From Escherichia phage vB_EcoM_LMP25, in sequence record MK482688.1: a stretch of DNA of 64,000 nucleotides; one strand, 5' to 3'. The first letter of the stretch is position 1; every line of letters begins with the position of its first letter. The notes beneath the pieces are model-generated. The model worked only from the letters and a program-made list of their open reading frames with translations, had not been told where the DNA came from and searched no databases. This document shows positions 27,735-38,377 of this stretch, piece by piece. A program made the position numbers and the translations under genes.

Positions 27735-29969
27735 CTAAACACCACAACCCTCGCAATAAGCATCTTGCAGTGCAGATTTACCTACACCAATGCGACTATT
27801 AAGGTAGTACATGGTTTTCATACCTACCGAGTTGGCATAAATCATGTACTTCAGAGCTTGAGCCAATGATACCTTCTTAGACTTTGCATAGTCAACATAG
27901 AAGTCTGAAGAAATAGCTTGACCAGTGAACTTTTGAACAATTGCATAACAATCAATCATGTCAAAGGTGTCAATATCCCAAGCAATTTCATAAACATACT
28001 TCAACTCTTCATAATCTGGAACAATAAACAGTACGTTACCAGTTGCAGACTTTTTAGTTAAAATAAAGTCACGAATTGGGTACAAGCCATTTGTCGTGTT
28101 AGTTGCTAGTGAAGAACTCTCATTAGGCATGTAAGCTTCTAATACAGAGTTTCGGATTCCACCATTTTCTTTGATACGTTGTGCTAAGTCATCCCAATCA
28201 TATCGTAGTTTTGCATCATGCTTTTCATCAATCTTCTTGTTAGCTGTCTTTGGAGGAACCCAGCCTTCAGGATACTTAGTGAACTTCATGTACTCTGGAA
28301 CGCCACGCTCTTTAGCAAGTCTCAGAGAGGCTTCATGCAGATAGTAAGAGTGCATCTCTGCCAGTTCATGAAGTTTCGTTTTACCTGCTCGTGAAGAGTA
28401 GTTCACATAGTTCTTCGCAAGGTAATGAGCCACATTTGTAAGGCCAATCCCAACAGAACGACGCTTCTGAACATGGTTACGCATCGACGGATACGGATAA
28501 TCCATAAGGTCAATAACGGAGTCAACCATTGCAAGAGCATAATAAGCAACGTCAGCGTATTCATCTTCTGAAATTCTCCCTGCAACCAAACTAGCTAGGA
28601 AGCAAAGAGCCACCTCACCATCCTCTTTCACAGCATCGTCTCTGTAAAGGTCTGTCTCTTTCTCAAAACCATACACTGGCAATACAATTTCCATACAAAG
28701 ATTTGACATCTTCAATGGTTCTTTAAATGGTGTATGTGTGTTTGCATTGTTAGTGAAGAATGGATACACACGACCTGTAGCATAACGCTGTTGAATAAAC
28801 AGCTTAGCAATTTCACGAGCCTTGACTCGTCTGTGCTTAACTCCTGAATGTACTGCGTGACCAACTGCCATAGCAAACTCATCAGCAGATGCTGTGTAGA
28901 ACATGTCATAGAGTTTTGGTGCATCTTTGTAAGAGAATAGCAACCAATCTGTATCATACTGAACACACTGCCAGAAGTAATCGTTTGTGCCGAATGAGTA
29001 GTCCATCTCATTAATACGTTTAGAAGGAACCGTTGTAGGGTGCTTCAAACGCAGTAAATCTTCAATCTGCGGGTCTAGAGCAGTGTAGAAGTTGTTAGCT
29101 GAACCACCACGACTCTTCTGTTTGTTTGCCTCTACAGATGAACGTACAAGCTTGTAATAAGGTAGCTTACCCATGTGTTCAATAGTATTTTGACGGATAC
29201 CATCACCAATAGTGCGAGTCTCCATCAGCATCCCGATACCAGCTTGCTTTGTAGTCATATCATAAGCAACCTTTGCAGCAATACCGAGAGATTCAGCGGT
29301 ATCATTCGCCTTAATCAAACAGCATGACGCATAACCTGATTTAGTGGCTCTTAAACCATTCAGGTAAGGAGTAGGAGCGTTAATCTTCAGGTCAGATAGG
29401 TAAGTGTACAGCTTGATAACATCTTGCAGTCTACGGTGCTTTGGTTGCTTCTCAAAGGCTTTCATAGCCATACCCATAAACATAAATTGTGGTGACTCAA
29501 AAAGTCTTCCCGTTTTAATATCACGGATACCATACTTGTCTCTGAACTGTTTCAGGACTGCATAACCATAAGAGATATCTTTTGAGTGCACAATGTACCC
29601 TTGCAGGTATTCAAGCTCTTCCTGAGAATAGTCCATCTTCTCCCAAAGTCCTGCTCTCTCCATATTTTTAACGAAGGTAACCAGCGTAGGAACCTTAGTA
29701 AAACCTCCAAAGGCTTCTTTGTAGATAATTCCCAGAAGTAGCCGTCCAGCCATATCTGAGTACTCTTGAGTTTGTTTATCAACACAAACATCAATCATGG
29801 CTTGGTGCATCTCTTTTGTAGTGCAACCTTCATAGACACGTTTCATGGCTTCCATAGTGACTTCTGACCAGATGATTCCGCGCTTATCTGCCCATGATGC
29901 CCACTTATTCAGTCTTTCTGGGTCAAAGCTTACTACTGTACCGTTTGATTTTTTAATTGTCTTAATCAT
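27735..29969 (-). CDS. nrdA: ribonucleotide reductase large subunit (class I, alpha)
   Basis: 744 aa, N-terminal ATP-cone-like region, C-terminal CEGCGV tail. Confidence 0.85.
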   Translation of the reverse strand: MIKTIKKSNGTVVSFDPERLNKWASWADKRGIIWSEVTMEAMKRVYEGCTTKEMHQAMIDVCVDKQTQEYSDMAGRLLLGIIYKEAFGGFTKVPTLVTFVKNMERAGLWEKMDYSQEELEYLQGYIVHSKDISYGYAVLKQFRDKYGIRDIKTGRLFESPQFMFMGMAMKAFEKQPKHRRLQDVIKLYTYLSDLKINAPTPYLNGLRATKSGYASCCLIKANDTAESLGIAAKVAYDMTTKQAGIGMLMETRTIGDGIRQNTIEHMGKLPYYKLVRSSVEANKQKSRGGSANNFYTALDPQIEDLLRLKHPTTVPSKRINEMDYSFGTNDYFWQCVQYDTDWLLFSYKDAPKLYDMFYTASADEFAMAVGHAVHSGVKHRRVKAREIAKLFIQQRYATGRVYPFFTNNANTHTPFKEPLKMSNLCMEIVLPVYGFEKETDLYRDDAVKEDGEVALCFLASLVAGRISEDEYADVAYYALAMVDSVIDLMDYPYPSMRNHVQKRRSVGIGLTNVAHYLAKNYVNYSSRAGKTKLHELAEMHSYYLHEASLRLAKERGVPEYMKFTKYPEGWVPPKTANKKIDEKHDAKLRYDWDDLAQRIKENGGIRNSVLEAYMPNESSSLATNTTNGLYPIRDFILTKKSATGNVLFIVPDYEELKYVYEIAWDIDTFDMIDCYAIVQKFTGQAISSDFYVDYAKSKKVSLAQALKYMIYANSVGMKTMYYLNSRIGVGKSALQDAYCEGCGV

Positions 29970-29991
29970 TTTTGAATCCTACAGATGAAAA

Positions 29992-30009
29992 GAGCCTCCG
30001 AAGAGGCTC
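29992..30009 (-). terminator. rho-independent terminator
   Basis: On - strand GAGCCTC-UUCG-GAGGCTC followed by TTTTCATCT. Confidence 0.55.
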
Positions 30010-30015
30010 CCTAGT

Positions 30016-30351
30016 TTAAATCTTGAAAATTTGCTCATTCTGCCACATATCGTAAAACTTATCACTTACTTTTGTGACTGAAGAGGCGTGCATACAATTT
30101 AGGAACCATGACGGTGTACTAGCATCCATAATTGTTTCAAGTTTTTGTGTGACATTCACATCCATGTCTGCAACAACGTAATTGCCTCGCATCTTGCAAA
30201 CAATTCTTCCAAACAAGATTGCACTTCTGCCTCTTCTGTCGTCACAGTACATAACTGTGTCTCCGTGCTTAACATCTTGTCCGATACTATCAACACCTAA
30301 TTTAGCACCTGAGATAATGTCATCATAAGATAGCTTTTTTGCTTTAGACAC
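30016..30351 (-). CDS. hypothetical protein
   Basis: 111 aa ORF. Confidence 0.45.
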   Translation of the reverse strand: MSKAKKLSYDDIISGAKLGVDSIGQDVKHGDTVMYCDDRRGRSAILFGRIVCKMRGNYVVADMDVNVTQKLETIMDASTPSWFLNCMHASSVTKVSDKFYDMWQNEQIFKI

Positions 30352-30676
30352 GGTATTTCTCCAAGTTTCTTTTTAGATATAACCAACCATAGTCAGTTCT
30401 TTCTACACCCATGAAGAGTGGAGCCATTACAACTTTACCAAAAGTATTCCTGTGTTGACAGATTTCAAAAGAATACTCTTTCTCAATATCAATCCCGTAT
30501 TTGTACAGGACTGCTTTTAAAACTTGTTCATTATCCAGAAGTGTATCTGGAGTCTCACCATACTTCTCAAGTAACGGGTCATTCATAAACACCGTCATAG
30601 AGATATTGTAGTTTGAGAAGTGGCTCTTCTGAGCCACACCTTCTTTATTAATGTTCTGTGAATCCATTATAACCAA
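30344..30676 (-). CDS. hypothetical protein
   Basis: 110 aa ORF. Confidence 0.45.
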   Translation of the reverse strand: MVIMDSQNINKEGVAQKSHFSNYNISMTVFMNDPLLEKYGETPDTLLDNEQVLKAVLYKYGIDIEKEYSFEICQHRNTFGKVVMAPLFMGVERTDYGWLYLKRNLEKYRV

Positions 30677-31403
30677 CCCCTTTTAACCAGCACTTCAGGT
30701 TATTAGCATCATAATTCAGTTTCGGGTATGAGGTTACATGGAACTGCTCACCATCATAGTAGACAATATCTGCAATCCATAGTCCATTCTCTTTACAGAA
30801 GTCTTTATCTGCTTTAGAGGTAATTGGATTAACTTCTACAAAACCATCTACACCCAAATCCTTTAAGCTACATACAATACCTTTGCAGATAACGCATGTG
30901 TCAGATACTACCACAAAAAGTTCTTGGCTTTCAAGTTCTACAATGTATTCACCAAGCTGAACTTTAGGGAGATTAGATTGCTTCATAACCTTCCCATCGG
31001 CTGCGCGAACAATTGCATACCACTCTTTACCATCAACTACTGACATTCTGATGATACACTCTTGACCAGTACGCTTCTCAATATCTGCAAGACGTTTTAA
31101 AGCTTCTTCATAGTCGTCTGTGTACTTCAGGTCATTATTATGGCAAACGGCTTCCATAGCGCCATTGTGGTCATGCTGTGACAGATAAATCAGACCGTCA
31201 AGAACATATTGCAAATCTGCCTGAGCATCCAGTGTCTCAATGGGGTCTTTCTCTTCAATTGCTTTTACAAGCTCTTTTGCTTCTTCAAGCATACATAGAG
31301 ATTGAGATTTCAAAGACTCCCAATACTCATCACTGTAAGGTTGCTTTTGAGTGTTTCCACAACGAAGATTCCAGTTTTTTACTGATTCTCTTGAGTTAAA
31401 CAT
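30648..31403 (-). CDS. hypothetical protein
   Basis: 251 aa ORF. Confidence 0.5.
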   Translation of the reverse strand: MFNSRESVKNWNLRCGNTQKQPYSDEYWESLKSQSLCMLEEAKELVKAIEEKDPIETLDAQADLQYVLDGLIYLSQHDHNGAMEAVCHNNDLKYTDDYEEALKRLADIEKRTGQECIIRMSVVDGKEWYAIVRAADGKVMKQSNLPKVQLGEYIVELESQELFVVVSDTCVICKGIVCSLKDLGVDGFVEVNPITSKADKDFCKENGLWIADIVYYDGEQFHVTSYPKLNYDANNLKCWLKGVGYNGFTEH

Positions 31404-31642
31404 TTGGACTCCTTAAAATATCTGTTAACCTTTAGCTCTCGTGTTTCAATATATTCCAGATGTTCACGTAGCTCTTGACGTTTAAGCATTAGGTGCTGCA
31501 TTTGAGATTCAACAGCTTCAACCTCTTTAATTATTGACTCTCTGGCATTTGCAAGAATGCGCTCAAGTTCTTCAATCTTGCTGTCAACTTTTGCTACATG
31601 ACTCACAGCTTTACTTTTGTTAAACATTTTATTCTCTCTCAA
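31379..31642 (-). CDS. hypothetical coiled-coil protein
   Basis: 87 aa, heptad-like charged sequence. Confidence 0.4.
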   Translation of the reverse strand: MRENKMFNKSKAVSHVAKVDSKIEELERILANARESIIKEVEAVESQMQHLMLKRQELREHLEYIETRELKVNRYFKESKCLTQENQ

Positions 31643-31648
31643 TAGTTA

Positions 31649-32146
31649 TCAAGCACAGTTTGCTTTCATTACCTTATGGATTCTTTTTTCAGCATCTTCA
31701 TAAGTTTCTTTAGTAATAAACTTAATTGCTGCAATATTGGCATTGTAGAAGAGCCTGAGCTTCGAGTCAATCCTTTTTGTCATTACATCGAATTTATGTT
31801 GAAGGTTTGCTTCACCATAGACTAGACCACCTTTTGTGTAGTAGGTTTGAATAATGTAAAAATCAAAAGATTCTTTTCCAAAGCTTTCAATATCTTTTTT
31901 AATATACTCAGAAGAGGTTTCGTAAGTCATCCAATCACTCTCCTTAGTGACTACCTTCTTCCGAGTCTTCCCAGCAACTTTTCTTTTTGTCACACTGTTA
32001 AGCTGTTTCTTTCCGATATAATATTGTCCAGTCTTCTTACAGTGCACTAAATAGACAAAGCCAAAATGTTTAGTGGGGTCAACTTCCCCACATAAAGATA
32101 CCCAATGACCGTAGGTAGGGCAATTGCCAAATCCTTTAATCTTCAT
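31649..32146 (-). CDS. GIY-YIG-like endonuclease (putative homing endonuclease)
   Basis: GFVYLVHCKKTGQYYIGKK resembles GIY..YIG motif. Confidence 0.45.
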   Translation of the reverse strand: MKIKGFGNCPTYGHWVSLCGEVDPTKHFGFVYLVHCKKTGQYYIGKKQLNSVTKRKVAGKTRKKVVTKESDWMTYETSSEYIKKDIESFGKESFDFYIIQTYYTKGGLVYGEANLQHKFDVMTKRIDSKLRLFYNANIAAIKFITKETYEDAEKRIHKVMKANCA

Positions 32147-33176
32147 TCATACACGGCTCCCAATTATATTTCTTGAAAGAGAAATTGTCTTTTGGATTTC
32201 TCTCTTGATATGCTATCCAGAAATGCTGTTCCATTAACTCTAATGGTGTTTTGGTAACAGTCTGTCCATCCCATGATACATAGGTGTAAGAGTCTTTTTT
32301 AGCATAGAGTTCATAGATAGCATCAAGACACTCTTTATAGGTCTCTTTACCCTCTAAAGCATTCATCACAGCTACTTTACCAGCACCTTTAAGGCCGAAG
32401 TAGTTGTCTGCATTATCTCCAGCAACAGCCTGATAACACAAAAATTTAAAACCTACACCAACTGTTTTTGCAGCTTTTGGTTTTGATTTGATAGGACAAT
32501 CCCAGATATCACCAACATTATTATCAGCAATAAAAATTAGTGGTGACTTTTCATAAGTCATATCAATACAATAAGTCCCTTCAGCTTGTCGAAGGTCTTT
32601 GTCAATACTCATGAGAGCAGCCTTCTTACCCATCTTTTCAGCTTTAGCAATTACAATTGAATCGGCTTCGAATCCTCCCTTTAAGAGTTTGAACTCTGGT
32701 CTTGACAGAAGATACTCACGACAAGCGACTAAATGTGTTGGTGTGACAGCATCTTTACGGTTACCTTGATATTGGTGCTCAAGACCTTTCACATCTTTAT
32801 GTTTATGCACACCCTTCTCTGTTAAATAACCTACCCAAGTTCTTTCTTTACCAACAACCTTAAGCCATTCCTGAAGAACCTGCTGAGTAGCCATGATAGC
32901 TTCTTTTTCACTCTTAGCTTCTTTCCAAGTCTGTCTTTCCCATTCATCTTCATCAAATGCTAGGCCAAGCTCTTCTACAAGGATTCTCTGGTCTGCTAAC
33001 CATCTTGCAGCATCTTTTGCATTATCAAATGATTCAGATTCTTCTGCTGTGAGCTTATTAACGTATTTATACTTTGCTTTCTCAACTACACAAGCACCTT
33101 TATAGGCAATGCTGTCAGAGTCAATAAAGACATGTGTAACTGAATCGGGAAGCTTTGTTAATGTGTACTTCTCCAT
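32136..33176 (-). CDS. 5'-3' exonuclease / flap endonuclease (RNase H-like)
   Basis: N-terminal VFIDSDSIAY resembles FEN/Pol I 5'-exo motif; acidic clusters. Confidence 0.5.
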   Translation of the reverse strand: MEKYTLTKLPDSVTHVFIDSDSIAYKGACVVEKAKYKYVNKLTAEESESFDNAKDAARWLADQRILVEELGLAFDEDEWERQTWKEAKSEKEAIMATQQVLQEWLKVVGKERTWVGYLTEKGVHKHKDVKGLEHQYQGNRKDAVTPTHLVACREYLLSRPEFKLLKGGFEADSIVIAKAEKMGKKAALMSIDKDLRQAEGTYCIDMTYEKSPLIFIADNNVGDIWDCPIKSKPKAAKTVGVGFKFLCYQAVAGDNADNYFGLKGAGKVAVMNALEGKETYKECLDAIYELYAKKDSYTYVSWDGQTVTKTPLELMEQHFWIAYQERNPKDNFSFKKYNWEPCMNED

Positions 33177-33238
33177 TATGGCTCTCCATATGAAAAAGCC
33201 CCATACTAAGTACAGGGCTTTAAAGTAACTTTTAGAGA

Positions 33239-34096
33239 TTAGTCTTCTGTATCGAAGTCTTCATCTTCTTCGTCATCTGGGTCTGGCAAGTCTTCATCGT
33301 CACCATCATCAGAATCATTCGAAGATTTATGGTCTGTTGCGTCTTCTTCAGTGATTTCACCGTTATCTTCGACACCATCAAGACCAAGCATAGCCAGTTC
33401 ATCTTCATCCAGTTCAGGTTCACCGTTAGCACCGTTACCACCAGTGTAAGGTACAAGAGTATCAATGATAAACTGTTCCTGAATAGGCTTTGTCAAGACA
33501 TTGTTCTCAAAAGTGTAGAAGTGAGTAGAAAGAATCACACTACCAAAAGAACCGTTACCAACTGCAATATCTGGATGAATTACATCATAGTTCTTATCAT
33601 CTTCATGTTTGTCAGATGCTTGAGCTTTGATTTTCTTCATCGGCTGCTTAACAGCTACACGCTTACCATTTACTTCTTCAATCAGCATTACAGGGAATGA
33701 CTGTTTAGCTGTCCATACAGCACCATCTTTATAAGCTGCTGCACGACTTACTTTCAAGATGTAGTAAGTGTCTGCTTCAAATGGTGGTTTGCAACCAAAC
33801 TTCTCTTCGAAGTCATCTGCATCAACTGCTTCAGTGGTAACTTTATCCCAACCTTCTGGGTTTTTCTTAGACTTAGTAAACTCTTTAAACAGCTTGTTAC
33901 CATCTTCTGCCAGAATTGAAACGCTGTAGTTACAGTCTTTGCCTGGGAATTTCTTATCAATGGACTTGCCTTTTCCCGGACGTGGTGAAGTGTTCAGGTA
34001 ATAAAACCAGACATCTTTCAGAAGGTAACGCAGAGTTTGACGTTCAGTACCGTTGTACTTCTCTACCGGAGCTTTCATTTTAACAACTTTAGACAT
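33239..34096 (-). CDS. single-stranded DNA-binding protein (putative)
   Basis: 285 aa with extremely acidic C-terminal tail (DSDDGDDEDLPDPDDEEDEDFDTED), typical of phage SSBs. Confidence 0.45.
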   Translation of the reverse strand: MSKVVKMKAPVEKYNGTERQTLRYLLKDVWFYYLNTSPRPGKGKSIDKKFPGKDCNYSVSILAEDGNKLFKEFTKSKKNPEGWDKVTTEAVDADDFEEKFGCKPPFEADTYYILKVSRAAAYKDGAVWTAKQSFPVMLIEEVNGKRVAVKQPMKKIKAQASDKHEDDKNYDVIHPDIAVGNGSFGSVILSTHFYTFENNVLTKPIQEQFIIDTLVPYTGGNGANGEPELDEDELAMLGLDGVEDNGEITEEDATDHKSSNDSDDGDDEDLPDPDDEEDEDFDTED

Positions 34097-34168
34097 TATT
34101 TAAACCTCTATCTCAATTTATGAAGAGTACCAATTCTAATTTGTTGATACTCTATTGTCAAATATTAA

Positions 34169-34318
34169 TTACTGGAAGTTGTGCTTATCTTTAGAAGCTG
34201 CTTTACGTGCAGTTTTTCCAGTTCTTACACGCTTCTCTTCATAGTATTTTGCTGGTTTTCCAGCAGTGGCTTTTAAGGAATCCCCAAAAACTTTTTCAAA
34301 TGCTTTAGAGTGTTTCAT
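34169..34318 (-). CDS. small basic protein (49 aa)
   Basis: Not in ORF track; GGAGAA 5 nt before ATG; ATGA overlap with upstream ORF. Confidence 0.35.
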   Translation of the reverse strand: MKHSKAFEKVFGDSLKATAGKPAKYYEEKRVRTGKTARKAASKDKHNFQ

Positions 34319-34596
34319 GATATTCTCCGATATACTTGATATTCAAACACATTTTCTTTTATTACAAACAGCCAACCAATATTATGTTCAGGTATAGTAA
34401 TAGTGACTGTGATAATACTGTGATGGAACTTTTCTTCTACCTCAACACCTCCATCACATTTCATGTAGAGCATTCTATAGAACCTATCAACCTTTGTCAA
34501 ACACTCTTCCTGAAATTTATTTAAACTTTTTTCTTCAAAGAAGGGTGTGAACCCCTCTCTTTTATAGCTATCACTCAGTTTCGAACGGGCAGTCAT
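34315..34596 (-). CDS. hypothetical protein
   Basis: ATG at 34596 with GAGGA upstream (track start 34608 is GTG). Confidence 0.4.
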   Translation of the reverse strand: MTARSKLSDSYKREGFTPFFEEKSLNKFQEECLTKVDRFYRMLYMKCDGGVEVEEKFHHSIITVTITIPEHNIGWLFVIKENVFEYQVYRRIS

Positions 34597-36556
34597 CTGC
34601 ATCCTCACTTAATACAGGTGGAATCGTTGAGCTTTGACGCTGCTCTTCAGTATAGACTTCACCAGTCTCACGGTCAAACACTTCATCCTCATAATGTGGC
34701 AAAGAGTCATCATAATGGTCTTCAGCTTCACCAATACCAAACTGCTGGCGAATGTTTTCTGCTGCACCATCAATGTCAACTCCACAACCAGATGCTTTGA
34801 TGAGACGTCCTGTATCTGGATTGTACCAAGTATGACCAGCAATACCAGTTGACTTACCATGACGACGACACTTAGTTAACTTGATTTTTGTCAAGTTTTT
34901 CTTAACTGGGTCTGGGTCAACCTTGTTACGCATTAACAGAATGTTATTCATAGAAATCTGAAAATACGCACCAGAACCTTTGATATCCTCTTCAGAGATA
35001 TCTCCACCTTCAGAGTTAGCTTTCTGACCACCTGCACTCTTACGAACGTGACATACGTTTACCTGCGCATACTGGTAGCGTTTGCAACGACGCAATAGCT
35101 CAGACAAAACTTCTTCTTCATCCGTATCAGAACGTGACAGGGCTAACGTGATAGGGTCAAGAATGATAATCTTACAGTCTAAACTGTTAACAAGATAGTC
35201 AACAAACTCTAGCAGGTTATCTTGGTCAATTGCCCCTTGATGGTCAACGATATGGATACGACGGCCTTTAGATAGTTCTGCGTGTGCTCCTTTTAATTCA
35301 TCCCAATCCCGTTCATCATAAGGAATCTCAGAAATCTGCTTGCTCAGGTGGATTGCACAGAGCATCTCCATCAACTCTTCATAGGTATCTTCTACAGGAA
35401 TTACACCGATATTATAATCAGTTTCTTTCCAAGCTGAGTAAATCATCTCACGAGTGTAAGCTGACTTACCTACTGAAGATGGTGCTGCAATAGTTGTAAT
35501 CTCACCTAAACCGTAACCACCATAAGTCAGCCTGTTCAAATCTCCGAAAGATTCTGGGAAAGGAATCAATGGAATCTGACCACGATTCTTCATTGCCTCA
35601 AAACCATCTGCAAAGTTCTTGATACCAGCAGGACAGTAACGAGGTGCATTGTAGATACGCTGCTTAAATCCTTCCAGAACTGTATCTTTCTCTTTATAGA
35701 ACTTTGTCCACCACTCGTTAAGGTCTTTTACGCCTTCTGGATACTGGAATAAACGAACCTTCTCAATAGGTAGGATACCAGCAGCCTCTTTAGTGGCTTT
35801 AGCACCTGCTTCATCGTTATCAAAGCACAAGTAAATCTCATCAAATGATGTAATGTACTGATAGTTATCTTTGATAGACTTGATGTTTGCACCTGATGGA
35901 ACAGATACGTGACAGTAATTCTTACGACGAGATTTGTCCTTAATCGCAAGAGAAGTCATATAGATTGCTGTCGCACATTCCATCTCACCTTCCCAGATGA
36001 ATAGACGGTTACCACCTTCTGGAGCAATCCATGAACCGAACATTGCCAGTTCACCTTTAATGTCTCCAACACCACCAGAAAAGTCTTTTAACTTACCTCG
36101 TAGGTGCTCTTTTGGATGGTCTTCTGGGTAACGGTGACGAACACGGTAGCCAACATGCTCTAGCTTGCCATCTTCATTGCGTTTGTAAGTTGGGTAGAAA
36201 TGCGCGTCAATTTCACCATCACTGTCAATGTCAACCTTGATACCCAAACGCTCAAGAACTTTTGCAGGAATCTTCCTGTCCTTTAAGTCCATTGCTTCAA
36301 GGTTTTCTTTCACATCGTCTAAATCCATTCCACGGAAAGTACGGTTTTTATTGTCTGAACCAGTAGAATAAGTGCTCACGATTTGTCCTTTATCAAAATC
36401 CCACTCTGGGAAACCTTTGTTACAACTAAAGCAAGTCATTGAATAAGAACCATCGTCATGATGATAGATTGAACCAGCATCTGATGAACCACAACGTGGA
36501 CATGCGCAATGACCAACAAACTGACCAGCCTCTTTCAATTTACGACCTTTAGACAT
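34571..36556 (-). CDS. DNA primase-helicase (zinc-ribbon/TOPRIM primase fused to DnaB-like helicase)
   Basis: CPRCGSSD...CFSCNKG zinc ribbon; Walker A APSSVGKSAYT; ATG at 36556 (track 36562 is GTG). Confidence 0.8.
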   Translation of the reverse strand: MSKGRKLKEAGQFVGHCACPRCGSSDAGSIYHHDDGSYSMTCFSCNKGFPEWDFDKGQIVSTYSTGSDNKNRTFRGMDLDDVKENLEAMDLKDRKIPAKVLERLGIKVDIDSDGEIDAHFYPTYKRNEDGKLEHVGYRVRHRYPEDHPKEHLRGKLKDFSGGVGDIKGELAMFGSWIAPEGGNRLFIWEGEMECATAIYMTSLAIKDKSRRKNYCHVSVPSGANIKSIKDNYQYITSFDEIYLCFDNDEAGAKATKEAAGILPIEKVRLFQYPEGVKDLNEWWTKFYKEKDTVLEGFKQRIYNAPRYCPAGIKNFADGFEAMKNRGQIPLIPFPESFGDLNRLTYGGYGLGEITTIAAPSSVGKSAYTREMIYSAWKETDYNIGVIPVEDTYEELMEMLCAIHLSKQISEIPYDERDWDELKGAHAELSKGRRIHIVDHQGAIDQDNLLEFVDYLVNSLDCKIIILDPITLALSRSDTDEEEVLSELLRRCKRYQYAQVNVCHVRKSAGGQKANSEGGDISEEDIKGSGAYFQISMNNILLMRNKVDPDPVKKNLTKIKLTKCRRHGKSTGIAGHTWYNPDTGRLIKASGCGVDIDGAAENIRQQFGIGEAEDHYDDSLPHYEDEVFDRETGEVYTEEQRQSSTIPPVLSEDADDCPFETE

Positions 36557-36749
36557 TAGCACCTCTTCGTTGTAGTTCTGCCTTCAATCCATTTTCAATC
36601 TTGTCCAGTTCATGAATTTCATCTGCAATCTCTTTCCTTCTTGATTCAACTCTCTTAAGACGTTCAATCATTACCTCATTGGAAAGAGATGAGAGTTCCA
36701 CTAAACGGTGGTCAATAACTTTAAAATTGTCTTTTACTCTCATCTTCAT
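36549..36749 (-). CDS. hypothetical small coiled-coil protein
   Basis: 66 aa ORF. Confidence 0.4.
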   Translation of the reverse strand: MKMRVKDNFKVIDHRLVELSSLSNEVMIERLKRVESRRKEIADEIHELDKIENGLKAELQRRGANV

Positions 36750-36757
36750 TCTCTCTT

Positions 36758-37501
36758 TTAAACTTTAATGATGGCTCTTAGCTTGTTCTCAAGGTCTGCA
36801 AGAGTACCATTATTATGAATAATGTCACGCGCATATTTGGTAGAAATCCCATTTTCTGAAACATGTGACGAAACCTTATCCACATTGTCTCTTTTTACTT
36901 CGATAGTTTGGTGTGCAAATCTGCTCAGCCACTCAGCTTCAGAGTCAAACCTTAAGTCACTGATTAAAACAACACCGTATTGATTCTTAAGTGAGCAAAC
37001 GTCAAAGAAATTTGCCATTCGTTTTTCGAGGTCTTTAGCCCAGAATTTGTCACCCATAACTTTACGGATAACTTCAGTACCCCAAATCTGTTGAACCTGT
37101 CTTGATGAGAATTTATACTTTTTACTAAACCCCAGACGTGTTAATAAAGTTGGTTTAGCAACCTTCTTTAGTTCCATAATCAGTCGTCCGGTTAACTCTG
37201 ACATAAGTTTAAAGTCCGTATGATAACGTTCACCTCTGAAAGTAAACTCCATAGCTTCTGTGACTTTGAACATCAGTTCAGGGTATGATAAATCAAAAAC
37301 CTGTGGAGTCTCTTTAGTTTCACCGTACAGGTCATTCCAAGTCAAGTCAAATATCTTTGATGCAGAGAGTTTAAGGTTGTCTGCATAGGCCATTACTGCA
37401 ACATTGTAGCCATACTCATCTTCTAGAATATTCTTAACAATAGAACATGAGGTGTCTTTTCCAGAACGCGCCTTTCCAGTAAATGCGATAATATTACTCA
37501 T
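36758..37501 (-). CDS. deoxynucleoside monophosphate kinase-like P-loop kinase
   Basis: N-terminal IAFTGKARSGKDT P-loop, similar to phage dNMP kinase N-termini (from memory). Confidence 0.55.
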   Translation of the reverse strand: MSNIIAFTGKARSGKDTSCSIVKNILEDEYGYNVAVMAYADNLKLSASKIFDLTWNDLYGETKETPQVFDLSYPELMFKVTEAMEFTFRGERYHTDFKLMSELTGRLIMELKKVAKPTLLTRLGFSKKYKFSSRQVQQIWGTEVIRKVMGDKFWAKDLEKRMANFFDVCSLKNQYGVVLISDLRFDSEAEWLSRFAHQTIEVKRDNVDKVSSHVSENGISTKYARDIIHNNGTLADLENKLRAIIKV

Positions 37502-37563
37502 TCTATCTCCCTTAATTACTAAAAAGCCCCCAACTAAGGAGGCTTGTAAGTTTTTATAAAGAC

Positions 37564-38376
37564 TTAGTGCAGTTGGTCAGTATTAGTCTGTGAATACTCT
37601 TTTTCAGCCATAGCTGAGATTTGCTTCACAAAATCATCACCAAAGTTAATGCGCAGCTTCTCTTCAATGATTGAAGCACCAATGCTCACCAGAACATCAT
37701 TGATTGCTTGCATACTCACACCACCAGTCATACTCTCAATGAACTCAATGCTTGTGCCCATCATCTGTGAAAGCTGGATTAGTGCAACGATATTCATCAT
37801 CGTAGAGATGGCTGGAATCATCAATGCAACTTTCACCTGAAGTGGTTCTACATCAGCTACAGAATCATCTTTCACAGCTTCTTCTAGAGAATCTTTGGTT
37901 TGCTGGATAATCTCTTTGATTCGTGGGTTTAATTCCTCTACACCCCAATCAAGCTTTTCATATCGTGACAGCTTCTCTTCCATTCGCTTCTCAAGAGCAG
38001 CCATAACAGCACTCGTTGACGAAATTAACAGGTCAACTAGCTCATTATTATCTAAGAGCAGTAGCGAGTCTTTTTCTTCAGAGGTCATGGCAATATAGTC
38101 ATTTTTCTGCATCTCATAAAAAATGAACTCTGCAAGAGCATCAACACCTACAACAATAGATGCTAAAGCAAGTGTTTTGTCACACAGCATCATATTAACC
38201 TGTTCTGCAAAAGCACCGTTATCAGACTTGTCTTTAGGCAGGTTATAGCTTGCAGGCATAAACTGTTCTGTGTAGTTGTTTCCACGAAGAATCATAGCCA
38301 TGCTTTCTACGGCATTGATTAAGAATGCTTCGTCAATACCTTTTTCTTCAAGCATCTGGTCTACAGTAGTATTCAT
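37564..38376 (-). CDS. hypothetical protein
   Basis: 270 aa ORF. Confidence 0.5.
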   Translation of the reverse strand: MNTTVDQMLEEKGIDEAFLINAVESMAMILRGNNYTEQFMPASYNLPKDKSDNGAFAEQVNMMLCDKTLALASIVVGVDALAEFIFYEMQKNDYIAMTSEEKDSLLLLDNNELVDLLISSTSAVMAALEKRMEEKLSRYEKLDWGVEELNPRIKEIIQQTKDSLEEAVKDDSVADVEPLQVKVALMIPAISTMMNIVALIQLSQMMGTSIEFIESMTGGVSMQAINDVLVSIGASIIEEKLRINFGDDFVKQISAMAEKEYSQTNTDQLH

Positions 38377-38377
38377 A

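Noticed and set aside
33232-33700. ORFs 33232..33465 (-) and 33329..33700 (+) overlapping the SSB-like gene
   Set aside because: They are alternative-frame or antisense readings of the region encoding the acidic tail; the 285-aa frame is the coherent product.
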